Source of the DNA: Pseudomonadota bacterium
Lineage (GTDB): Bacteria > Pseudomonadota > Alphaproteobacteria > Paracaedibacterales > CAIOTO01
NCBI GenBank assembly: GCA_040387495.1
Contig: JAZKDQ010000003.1
Location: 62,001-126,000 of the forward strand
Direction: 5' to 3'
DNA: 64,000 nucleotides
The notes beneath the pieces are model-generated. The model was not told the origin of the DNA. It was given only the letters and a program-made list of their open reading frames with translations, and ran no database searches. Every line of letters begins with the position of its first letter. Position 1 is the stretch's first letter. Position numbers and translations under genes: made by a program. Below are positions 1-8,676 of the stretch, one piece after another.

Positions 1-630
1 GTTATGATCATTGGCCAGCAAAAAGGTCACGATACTGAATCTCGTGTTAAACACAACTTTGGCATGCCAAAACCGGAAGGTTACCGCAAAGCACAACGAC
101 TTATGCGCCTTGCTGACCGATTCAATCTTCCTGTTATTACTTTTGTCGATACAGCCGGTGCATTTCCTGGCATAGAAGCTGAAGAGCGCGGTCAAGCAGA
201 GGCGATTGCAAGCTGCATATCTGTTTGTCTTGATATAAAAGTTCCATTGCTTACCGTTATTATCGGTGAAGGTGGTTCTGGTGGCGCAATTGCTATTGCT
301 GCTGCCAATACAATTCTAATGCTTGAACATGCTGTTTACGCTGTTATATCCCCCGAAGGCTGTGCATCCATTTTATGGAGAAGCGCGAGCAAAGCACCTG
401 AAGCCGCTGAAGCACAAAAATTAACTGCACAAGATTTGATTCAGCTAGGTGTCATAGACAAAATTATTCCAGAACCCGTTGGAGGCGCGCATCGACACAA
501 AGCTGCAATTCTACGTCAAGTAAAAGAAACCATTGAAGGTGCACTTGTGCCGCTTATGGCAATTGATGGGAATCAGTTACGCGAAGCTCGTAGAGATAAA
601 TTTATTAAAATGGGGCAAAAAGGGCTGTAG
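1..630 (+). CDS. accA: Acetyl-CoA carboxylase carboxyltransferase alpha subunit (5'-truncated by window edge)
   Basis: Motifs [43 protein letters not shown]. Confidence 0.97.
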   Translation, partial: VMIIGQQKGHDTESRVKHNFGMPKPEGYRKAQRLMRLADRFNLPVITFVDTAGAFPGIEAEERGQAEAIASCISVCLDIKVPLLTVIIGEGGSGGAIAIAAANTILMLEHAVYAVISPEGCASILWRSASKAPEAAEAQKLTAQDLIQLGVIDKIIPEPVGGAHRHKAAILRQVKETIEGALVPLMAIDGNQLREARRDKFIKMGQKGL

Positions 631-681
631 TTCTTTGCATATGCGTAAACTATGCATTTAGAATTAAGTCATTACAAACTC

Positions 682-762
682 CGTCATTACAAGAAGTCAA
701 AAAACAACGTTGTAATCCATACTGTTTTCTAGATTGCAGCGCTCTACGAGGCTCCGATGACA
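682..762. repeat. Degenerate intergenic palindromic element (GTCATTGCGAG...CTCGCAATGAC / RPE-like family)
   Basis: Starts gtcattacaag...gtaatccat and ends agattgcagc...ccgatgac; the gtcattacaa start also occurs at 668-677. Confidence 0.55.
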
Positions 763-804
763 GCAAGACGTTGATCATAATACTTAAATAATTAACCTGC
801 AAAA

Positions 805-1335
805 ATGAATCTAATCATGAAAAAAAATAAAACTACAAACAGCACACTTAATAAAATAAAATTTACACTACCGATCATTATAGGCACACTTGCATGTGAT
901 CAATTAACAAAACTCATCATCCTTTACACACTTGTAAAAAATCAAGTGGTTCATGTTTTTTCTTTTTTTAATTTTGTTCTTGTATTTAACACAGGTGTTA
1001 GTTTTGGCATGTTTCAATCGAATGGCATGTTAGGGTTTTGGATTTTAATTCTAATTGCGTTAAGCCTTTGCATATGGCTGTGTTATATCATTGGTCAAAG
1101 CAATGATCGCATCGAACATATTTCATACAGCCTCATTATTGGTGGCGCGCTTGGAAATATACTAGATCGTTTTTTATACGGGGGCGTCGTTGATTTTCTA
1201 CAATTTCACATAAAAAAATATTATTGGCCATCATTTAACGTAGCAGATTCAGCTATTGTTGTTGGTGTGGCTCTTGTATTAGGGATCCAAACATGGCATT
1301 CTTTTAAAAAATCGACCAAAAATATAACTAGATAG
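805..1335 (+). CDS. lspA: Lipoprotein signal peptidase II
   Basis: DQLTK, NTGVSFG, GGALGNILDR, VVDFL, FNVADSAI motifs; start may be 817. Confidence 0.96.
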   Translation: MNLIMKKNKTTNSTLNKIKFTLPIIIGTLACDQLTKLIILYTLVKNQVVHVFSFFNFVLVFNTGVSFGMFQSNGMLGFWILILIALSLCIWLCYIIGQSNDRIEHISYSLIIGGALGNILDRFLYGGVVDFLQFHIKKYYWPSFNVADSAIVVGVALVLGIQTWHSFKKSTKNITR

Positions 1336-1345
1336 TAGGGTATTT

Positions 1346-1870
1346 ATGAAAAAACACATTACCGTAATTCTTTTAAGTTCTGCCTTTATCACGTTGACAG
1401 GCTGCGACACATTTAGAAACACATTTGGCCTAGACCATTATCAAGCTGATGAATTTAATATAAGTGATAACCCACCACTAAGCATGCCACCAAACTATAA
1501 TTTAGCGCCGCCTGCAAACAATGCATCTGAAAATTCAGAGAAAAAAAAGGCTGACGACGAGAATACGACAAAAAAGGCAAAAGAAGCTTTGTTGGGTCGT
1601 GCAGAAAAAACAAAAAATTCTTCTACAAATAGTGGAAAAATTATTGTTAAAAAAGCATCTGAGGTTCAAAAACCAGATCCAGAAATCCGCAAGACGGTCA
1701 CAGAAGAAAAAGATTCTCTATCAAGTGATTCAAATTCATTCCCAGATAAATTAGCAAAAATAGGGCAAGAAATCGCTAAGAATGCCAAAAACACATCAAC
1801 TGAAGCAGATAAACCAGAAAAAAATATTTTATCTGCTGCCCAAGTAAAAACGGAGCAAAGCTCCTCATGA
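1346..1870 (+). CDS. DUF3035-family lipoprotein
   Basis: Lipobox ITLTGC; DEF...PPLSMPPNYNL.PP motif; typical position downstream of lspA. Confidence 0.8.
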   Translation: MKKHITVILLSSAFITLTGCDTFRNTFGLDHYQADEFNISDNPPLSMPPNYNLAPPANNASENSEKKKADDENTTKKAKEALLGRAEKTKNSSTNSGKIIVKKASEVQKPDPEIRKTVTEEKDSLSSDSNSFPDKLAKIGQEIAKNAKNTSTEADKPEKNILSAAQVKTEQSSS

Positions 1871-3234
1871 GAAATTGGCTGAGAGGCGCTTTATACATAG
1901 GGTGCATTTTTTTTACAACGGAGAATCATCTAATGGCCTCACAACCTTATTGCCCCATGCCAACAAAAACTAAACACGCCTCCGTGGCACCTATTGATAT
2001 CAAAGACTTTACACTTAAAGATGGTCAGGTTGTTTGGTTTACAACAGATCCAGAACTTGATGTTGTCACAATTGGTCTTTGCTTTCAGTATGCAGGTAGC
2101 CAAGCTGATCCAAAAGACAAGCCAGGCTTAAGTAGCTTTTTGGTTGCAATGTTAGATGAGGGGGCTGGTCCTTACGATAGCCAAGCTTTCAAAAAAAAAC
2201 TCATTGAAAAAAATGTTAAATTTAATGTTTATTCAAATCAGGATAACATCACAATTGTTTTCAAAACTACTTCTTGTAACATAAAAGAAGCATTCCACCT
2301 CATCAAATTAGCACTCACTGAACCCTGTTTTCCAAGTGACGCACATATACGCACACAAGGGCAAATGGCAGCCGCACTAATGCAATCACTTCACAAACCA
2401 GAAGTCATTGCAAAAGAAAAGATTATTGCCACGATCTTAGGTGATGATCATCCATATGCAAAAGATACTGAAAAGCAGTTACGCGCATTACCTCACTTTA
2501 CAAAAAAAGATCTAGAAACGCATCTTAAGCAACACATAACACAAGCAAATTTAAGAATTGCTGCAGCTGGAAATATATCAGAAACCATACTTAAGAATTG
2601 TTTGGAGGACCTTATTTCAGCTTTTCCAAAAGGTAAAAAAACAACACAAACAGCAAATATAAAATTGCTAAATTCTGGCAAAGTTATTCACACTGAAATG
2701 AATGTGCCTCAAGCAACCATCATGTTTGCGCACCCAGGAATCGCACGAAATGATCCGGATTTTTATGCAGCTTATCTGTTAATACAAGCTCTTGGTGGAA
2801 GCCCTTTTGAGTCACGCTTGTGGAAGGAAATTCGCGAAAAACGAGGGCTTGCCTATTATATTTCTCTTGGTTTTTTCTCCCAAAAATTGCAGCATGGAAT
2901 AATCGGTGCAACAGGTACAAAAACAACATCAGTCCAAGAAGTTATAAAATTAATACGCGAGCATTGGAAAAATGTAGCGGAGAATGGTGTAACTCAAGAA
3001 GAACTTACCTTACAAAAACAATTTCTGAATGAATCCTACCCTCTTGCTTTTACAAAAACATCAGACATTGTCAACGTGTTGCTTTCATATCAAAACGAGG
3101 GCTTATCAAAAAATTATATACATGAACGGGAAGCTCTTTTCAACCAAGTAGCAACGGATGATATAAAGCGTGTTGCAAAGCGTTTACTTAAAGAAAATGA
3201 GTTGACTTTCTTAATTGTTGGAAAAAAGGAATAG
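1867..3234 (+). CDS. M16 family peptidase, non-catalytic subunit
   Basis: M16 pattern GSQADPKDKPGL...DEGAG without HXXEH; C-terminal SRLWKEIREKRGLAY. Confidence 0.9.
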   Translation: MRNWLRGALYIGCIFFTTENHLMASQPYCPMPTKTKHASVAPIDIKDFTLKDGQVVWFTTDPELDVVTIGLCFQYAGSQADPKDKPGLSSFLVAMLDEGAGPYDSQAFKKKLIEKNVKFNVYSNQDNITIVFKTTSCNIKEAFHLIKLALTEPCFPSDAHIRTQGQMAAALMQSLHKPEVIAKEKIIATILGDDHPYAKDTEKQLRALPHFTKKDLETHLKQHITQANLRIAAAGNISETILKNCLEDLISAFPKGKKTTQTANIKLLNSGKVIHTEMNVPQATIMFAHPGIARNDPDFYAAYLLIQALGGSPFESRLWKEIREKRGLAYYISLGFFSQKLQHGIIGATGTKTTSVQEVIKLIREHWKNVAENGVTQEELTLQKQFLNESYPLAFTKTSDIVNVLLSYQNEGLSKNYIHEREALFNQVATDDIKRVAKRLLKENELTFLIVGKKE

Positions 3235-3237
3235 GTA

Positions 3238-4620
3238 ATGCTGCTTCATTTACGTTTCTATTTCTTTATATTCACATTACTCATTGGATCCATACAAATG
3301 GCAGATGCTGACAAAAAAACATTAATCAACGCTCAAACACATACGCTTGAGAATGGTCTTAAAATCATTATTGTTCCAAATGGTCTAGCGCCCGTCGTAA
3401 CAATTGGGGTGATCTATCATGTGGGGACGGCTGATGATCCGCTTGACCAAGTAGGTCTTTCTCATTTTCTTGAACACATGATGTTTAAAGGAACAAAGGA
3501 AATCCCAGGCAGTGAATTTAACAAGCTAATAATACGAAATGGTGGTCATAATAATGCATATACCGAGTATGACCATACTTTTTATCACACAACAATTTCT
3601 GCAAAACATTTAGAACTAATTTTGAAATGTGAAGCTGATCGTATGCGCAATCTAACATTCACACAAGAAGAAGTGACTTCTGAAATCGATGTTGTTTTGG
3701 AAGAAAGACGTATGCGTCTTGACAACAACCCATATGGCATCGCATCCGAGAGATTCCTACGTGCTATGCACCCCTATCATCCTTACGGCGTCCATCCTAT
3801 TGGACTACCTCACCATATCAAAAAATATACGTTTAAATCAGCACGTGACCATTATGACAGTTACTATCGTCCTAATAACGCAACACTCATGATTGGAGGA
3901 AAAGTCACACTTAAGGAAGCACTTCCACTTATTGAAAAATATTTCGGTGGTATTAAATCTGCTCCTATCCCTGCACGCAATCGTCCACAGAACCCTCCAC
4001 GTGAAGGTCTTACAGAAAAGATAACTCAATACAACAAACGAAACTCAATCATTCAACTTCAATTATCGTACGATGCTCCTCATTTTCACAGTGAGTTTGG
4101 CAGAAAACATTATTACCCATTACTCGTATTAGCGTATTTACTTGGTGGAAATTCGACAGCAGAGTTTTATCACGATCTCGTTGAACGTAAAAAATTAGCG
4201 ATTCATGTCTCATGTGATTATGATGGTTCTTCAATTGACCCCAAAGATTTTTCAATTTCAGCAGCTATGCAGCCAAGTGATAATATTGAAACACTTAAAG
4301 CAGAAATTAATAAACTGCTTATTCAAATCCAAAAAAATGGTGTGTCAAAAGATGACTTGGCACGCGCAAAAATTGACATGATTGGAAAACTTGCTTATTT
4401 GAAAGACGGTACAGAAAATTTTCTAACAACAATTGCTAGCTATGTTGCAAAAGGTTTTGTGATTGATGATCTAAATAACTGGTGCCAAAGAATTGAGACC
4501 GTAACCATTGATGATATAAAAGCAGCAGCTAACGTTATTTTTAAAAACAGTCCTGTAGTGACTCTTGAGATTTATCCCGAATCAAAAGAAATAACAACAG
4601 AATCTGCAGCTGCGGCATAA
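3238..4620 (+). CDS. M16 family zinc peptidase, catalytic subunit (probably exported)
   Basis: HFLEHMMFKGT inverted zinc motif, NAYT, VVLEERRMR; signal-like N-terminus. Confidence 0.93.
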   Translation: MLLHLRFYFFIFTLLIGSIQMADADKKTLINAQTHTLENGLKIIIVPNGLAPVVTIGVIYHVGTADDPLDQVGLSHFLEHMMFKGTKEIPGSEFNKLIIRNGGHNNAYTEYDHTFYHTTISAKHLELILKCEADRMRNLTFTQEEVTSEIDVVLEERRMRLDNNPYGIASERFLRAMHPYHPYGVHPIGLPHHIKKYTFKSARDHYDSYYRPNNATLMIGGKVTLKEALPLIEKYFGGIKSAPIPARNRPQNPPREGLTEKITQYNKRNSIIQLQLSYDAPHFHSEFGRKHYYPLLVLAYLLGGNSTAEFYHDLVERKKLAIHVSCDYDGSSIDPKDFSISAAMQPSDNIETLKAEINKLLIQIQKNGVSKDDLARAKIDMIGKLAYLKDGTENFLTTIASYVAKGFVIDDLNNWCQRIETVTIDDIKAAANVIFKNSPVVTLEIYPESKEITTESAAAA

Positions 4621-4635
4621 GCACTAGAATATTGT

Positions 4636-4830
4636 ATGTCACACGATGCAAAAGTAACTCTCGGTACTATTTTCACGTTTCATCAAGCAGGAAACGCAAT
4701 GAAAATTACGGCACTTTGTGAAACCACACTTATTGAAGTGTCCGTAATTGCACCAACTTCGCTGCCACAAGCAAATATGCAACTGTTGGCACTTCGCAAA
4801 CTCCAACGAATGATCAAGAAACAATCATGA
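4636..4830 (+). CDS. Small conserved alphaproteobacterial protein (DUF6898-like)
   Basis: Pattern F.F...G..MKITA......EVSVIAP......LALRKL; stop overlaps next start (ATGA). Confidence 0.7.
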   Translation: MSHDAKVTLGTIFTFHQAGNAMKITALCETTLIEVSVIAPTSLPQANMQLLALRKLQRMIKKQS

Positions 4831-6314
4831 TTTTCCGTCTACGATCCATTGTGTTCGACATTTTCTTTTATATATTTACAGCGATATATTTAATTATCTT
4901 TTTGCCTTTTGCACTCTGGGCGCCAAGAAAACTCATTTTTATTCTCTTTCGTGCATGGACACGTATCTGCATTAAAATGCTCTCTATCATCGTCGGGCTG
5001 CACTACACAGTACGTGGACGCGAACATCTAAATAAGACAACACAAAATGGGGTATGCATTATCGCTTGCAAACACCAATCCGCTTTCGATACTATTTTTA
5101 TTTCAATGTACTTAGACGATATTGTCATCATTTCAAAAGGACAGCTCGCTTCAGTTCCTTTTTTTGGCTATTACCTTAAAAAATTAGGAACCATCTTTAT
5201 TGATCGTGAAAACAAAACATCAGCCATTCGTGATCTTATTAAGCAAAGTCGAGAAGCCATATCAAACAACAGATCGCTTTTTATTTTTCCCGAAGGTACA
5301 CGTGCAAAACCAGGAGAAAGCATCCCCTACCAGCGAGGAATCAGTCTTCTTTATCGTGATCTAAATGTACCTGTCATTCCTGTCGCACTCAACACAGGTG
5401 TGTTCTGGGGACGAAAATCAATGTTTAAGCGTCCTGGCAAAATTATCATAGATATTCAGCCTGCTATTCCAGCTGGCTTGGAACGTGACCATTTTATGGA
5501 TATCTTGCAAGAAACAATAGATACGGCGTCTTACAATTTACTTGATTCCAAAATAGAAAAAACAAAAAACCGGTGGCTTAGGAAGTTAATATTTTTCCTC
5601 TTCGGATTAAGTTTAACTGTGGGGCTTATTGGCTATTTCGGTACAAAAGCGTTACTCGATCATAGATTAAATGAAACTGGAATAATTTTTGAAACAAGTA
5701 AAATTCATGTTGGTCTGCACACCTTACCAACGTATGAATTAACAAATGTTACGCTTAATTTATCAAAAATATCAGAAACAATGATTACAGCTCAATTTGC
5801 TCGCTTAACTTTGACTGGCATAAGAAATTTCACACTTGAAGCTCAGAATATCAATATGCAACTGCATAGAAACATCTTTGTTACTATAAGCGATTTAGAA
5901 GCATTTGTATCGTTGAAGCAGCAAAAATTGGCAGCCCCGTACATTCCTCACATAGGTTTTAAAAATGTTATCATTAAAGTTGGTGGATTTACCTCTACAC
6001 TAAACTCAGTTGAAGCATTTTATAACCACGACTATAAGATAAATTTGCTTGATTTATCATGCAGCACTCCGCGTCCTGCACCATTGGATTCACCAATTTT
6101 AATTGTTAAAAGCTCTATTTCTGAGCAAAAGGATAAAACCTTAAAGGGGGAGGCCTCAATACAAACGACGCTTGGCGACTCTTTCATTGATGCCCTACAA
6201 CAACAAAATATGATCACAACTATTAAAGCAGATGAATTAAAGGCAGCCTTAAAGCCTATCGAATATGAAAATAATAAGAAAATTAAACAAATAATTATTC
6301 CAATTGGGAATTAA
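4827..6314 (+). CDS. plsC: 1-acyl-sn-glycerol-3-phosphate acyltransferase fused to a TM-anchored DUF2125-like domain
   Basis: HQSAFD (HX4D), FIDR, FPEGTR in first ~240 aa; then TM segment WLRKLIFFLFGLSLTVGLIGYF and ~230 aa extra domain. Confidence 0.85.
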   Translation: MIFRLRSIVFDIFFYIFTAIYLIIFLPFALWAPRKLIFILFRAWTRICIKMLSIIVGLHYTVRGREHLNKTTQNGVCIIACKHQSAFDTIFISMYLDDIVIISKGQLASVPFFGYYLKKLGTIFIDRENKTSAIRDLIKQSREAISNNRSLFIFPEGTRAKPGESIPYQRGISLLYRDLNVPVIPVALNTGVFWGRKSMFKRPGKIIIDIQPAIPAGLERDHFMDILQETIDTASYNLLDSKIEKTKNRWLRKLIFFLFGLSLTVGLIGYFGTKALLDHRLNETGIIFETSKIHVGLHTLPTYELTNVTLNLSKISETMITAQFARLTLTGIRNFTLEAQNINMQLHRNIFVTISDLEAFVSLKQQKLAAPYIPHIGFKNVIIKVGGFTSTLNSVEAFYNHDYKINLLDLSCSTPRPAPLDSPILIVKSSISEQKDKTLKGEASIQTTLGDSFIDALQQQNMITTIKADELKAALKPIEYENNKKIKQIIIPIGN

Positions 6315-6377
6315 CCCTTAAGACAGTATCAGATCCTTTTAATAGTACGTGGCACTTTCAACAGCCAAATCTCGTAT

Positions 6378-7256
6378 TTAACGTGCGTGTTGAAGTGCCA
6401 TCACTGCCGCATCCGGATTATAGCTCCACCAGTAAATAGCAATGAACAAGAACAACCACACAACATCCACAAAATGCCAATACCAGGCAGCTGCTTCAAA
6501 ACCAACATGATGCGTTGGGGTGAATTCATTTCGGCGCGCACGAAATAGACACACGGCCAAAAATATTGTGCCTATAATCACATGCGCACCGTGAAACCCA
6601 GTGGCCATATAGAATGATGATGGATAAACCCCGTCTTTAATCGTAAAGGTTGCATGGTGATATTCAATGCCCTGCACGATTGTAAAAATCATCCCAAGAC
6701 CAACAGTAAGCGCAAGGCCTTTGAGAACATCCAATTGTTTATTCTCAAGCAATGCGTGATGTGCCCATGTAACGGTTGTGCCTGATAGTAAGAGGAGTAA
6801 TGTGTTGAGATAAGGTAACTCAAATGGGTCAAGAGTGATAATATTTTTAGGTGGCCACACGCTACCAATTACTTCAGGCGGATTAAACGCCACATGAAAG
6901 TATCCCCAAAAGAAAGCTGCAAAAAACATAATTTCGGAAACAATAAAAAGTGCCATGCCAATTTTAAGACCATTCTGTACGGCTTTTGTATGAACGCCAA
7001 CAGTATTGCCTTCGTTAATAACGTCCCGCCACCAACCAAAAAAAGTAAAAAATAAAAGTCCGAGTCCAATGTAGAAAACGATGCGGTCTAGATGATGCAT
7101 GTAAAGAACGCCGCCGATGGCAAGTACAAGTGTAGCAATTGAGCCAATAAGTGGCCAGGGACTGGGATTAACTAAATGAAAAGGATGCCCCTGTATATGT
7201 GCTGGAACACCTTCATTTGTTGCGGATTCATGTTTTTCTGAGTTATCTTGTTGCAT
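6378..7256 (-). CDS. ctaE: Cytochrome c oxidase subunit III
   Basis: HPFHLVNPSPWP, LFIVSEIMFF, ATGFHGAHV, AAWYWHFVDVVWLFLF. Confidence 0.97.
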   Translation of the reverse strand: MQQDNSEKHESATNEGVPAHIQGHPFHLVNPSPWPLIGSIATLVLAIGGVLYMHHLDRIVFYIGLGLLFFTFFGWWRDVINEGNTVGVHTKAVQNGLKIGMALFIVSEIMFFAAFFWGYFHVAFNPPEVIGSVWPPKNIITLDPFELPYLNTLLLLLSGTTVTWAHHALLENKQLDVLKGLALTVGLGMIFTIVQGIEYHHATFTIKDGVYPSSFYMATGFHGAHVIIGTIFLAVCLFRARRNEFTPTHHVGFEAAAWYWHFVDVVWLFLFIAIYWWSYNPDAAVMALQHAR

Positions 7257-7334
7257 GCTTTTACAAGGTTTTTACACTAATCTGATATATAGGTTATGCT
7301 TACTTTTTAAACTAATCAATGCTGCTGCTTTCAT

Positions 7335-7736
7335 TTACCATTTTTCATTATTAGAGCTGTATCCAAAATGATGCCCAAGTTCGTGCATCATGACATGTTG
7401 AACGAGGGTTTCAATGCTTTCTTTGTTTTCAAGTGAGTAGCGTATTAAAGGGCATCTGTATAAAAGAATGCTATCCGGTAATGTAGAGTGCCCAAATACG
7501 GCTTTAATGGGAATAGGGGTTCCACGATATAAACCAAGCAATTCATATTTGTCATCAATACGTAGGCTATGTAGTGTTTCTTTATCGGCATAGTTTTCAA
7601 CAACAATGCGAATTTTTTTTGCGTGTTCTTTAAGTGACTCTGGGATAGTACTTAGAGTGTGATGCGCAATTTGTTCAAGGCATTGAATTGCAGGTAAGTT
7701 TGAAACTCGCGAGTTATGCAGTCGTGCTGTTGTCAT
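7335..7736 (-). CDS. Zincin-like metallopeptidase family protein
   Basis: ELLGLYRG.P, ILLYRCP, HELGHHFG; true start taken at 7736 (AGGAGGG RBS at 7741-7747) rather than the track start 7991. Confidence 0.88.
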   Translation of the reverse strand: MTTARLHNSRVSNLPAIQCLEQIAHHTLSTIPESLKEHAKKIRIVVENYADKETLHSLRIDDKYELLGLYRGTPIPIKAVFGHSTLPDSILLYRCPLIRYSLENKESIETLVQHVMMHELGHHFGYSSNNEKW

Positions 7737-7754
7737 TGATCCCTCCTGGTTTTT

Positions 7755-7777
7755 ACATTTACCATCTTGGTAAATGT
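7755..7777. promoter_or_regulatory. Perfect 10-bp inverted repeat in divergent promoter region (possible CtrA-like or other dimeric regulator site)
   Basis: ACATTTACCA-tct-TGGTAAATGT; core TTAC-N7-GTAA has CtrA spacing with one mismatch per half-site. Confidence 0.4.
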
Positions 7778-7861
7778 TGAAATTATGTCTGGCACTTCCC
7801 CACCAGGGAATGTTACCTTGAAATGATCTCAGTCTTATTATTAACGAGTAAAGGTTAACAA

Positions 7862-8155
7862 ATGGTCGACAAACTAGAAAAAAATCAGATTCAGGCATTA
7901 TTAAATGAAAAAAAAGAGTGGCGAGTAGATGATAATGGCCTTTATATTGAAAAGGTTTGGGAATTTGAGAATTTTCAAATGGCATTTTCATTCATGATGC
8001 GTGTAGCATTTTTAAGTGAAGCAATGAATCATCACCCTGAATGGTCAAATGTGTATAATCGTGTTTTTATACGTTTAACAACGCATAATTGTGATGGAGT
8101 AAGTTTGAACGACATTACATTGGCTCAACGCATCGATGATATTTTGGGAGAATAA
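7862..8155 (+). CDS. phhB: Pterin-4-alpha-carbinolamine dehydratase
   Basis: AFSFMMRVA, NHHPEWSNVYNRV, LTTH...G.S..DI.LA. Confidence 0.93.
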   Translation: MVDKLEKNQIQALLNEKKEWRVDDNGLYIEKVWEFENFQMAFSFMMRVAFLSEAMNHHPEWSNVYNRVFIRLTTHNCDGVSLNDITLAQRIDDILGE

Positions 8156-8160
8156 TTTTT

Positions 8161-8640
8161 ATGTTTAAAGTAGTATGTGTGCTTTCTCTTGTATTAGTTA
8201 GTTTGATAGGCTGTTCTAACGGTTCATTACAATCACTTTTGTCATTTCAAACGGCTAAAGTGTGGTTAAATAAAGTATCTTTTCGTGTAGCGGATGATGT
8301 TAATGATTCATCACCTGTTACATTGCATATTTTGATTTCTTATAAGGATGATCTCTTGTCTGAATTATCAAAAATGTCAGCTGAAGATTATTTCAAAAAA
8401 AGTGAGCAGATTAAAAATGATAATGCTGGAAATTTAGATGTATTTAGCTGGGATCTTATCAGATCGCAAAAACTAGATGATGAACCAATCACACCAACAA
8501 AAGTAAATGGGGTAGGTGTTTTAGTGTTTGCACGTTATAGCACTCCTGGTGATCATCGGATATCAATTGCTGATGCCGAAGCGGTTCTTATAAAGCTTGA
8601 TAAGGGTGATTTTTCAATTGAGTCAATTAAGCAAAAATAA
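8161..8640 (+). CDS. Lipoprotein, type VI secretion TssJ/SciN-like
   Basis: Lipobox SLIGC; D.N..SPV, A..YF, GVLVFARY.TPG.HR pattern resembling TssJ-like proteins. Confidence 0.6.
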   Translation: MFKVVCVLSLVLVSLIGCSNGSLQSLLSFQTAKVWLNKVSFRVADDVNDSSPVTLHILISYKDDLLSELSKMSAEDYFKKSEQIKNDNAGNLDVFSWDLIRSQKLDDEPITPTKVNGVGVLVFARYSTPGDHRISIADAEAVLIKLDKGDFSIESIKQK

Positions 8641-8676
8641 ACAAAAATAAAAACAAACGAAATTTAGGATACAATA

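Noticed and set aside
7737..7991. N-terminal 85 aa of the 7335-7991 track ORF
   Set aside because: Overlaps phhB on the opposite strand; strong RBS and family similarity begin at ATG 7736.
8050..8058. DnaA box TGTGTATAA near dnaA
   Set aside because: Single copy inside phhB, explained by the conserved NVYN codons.
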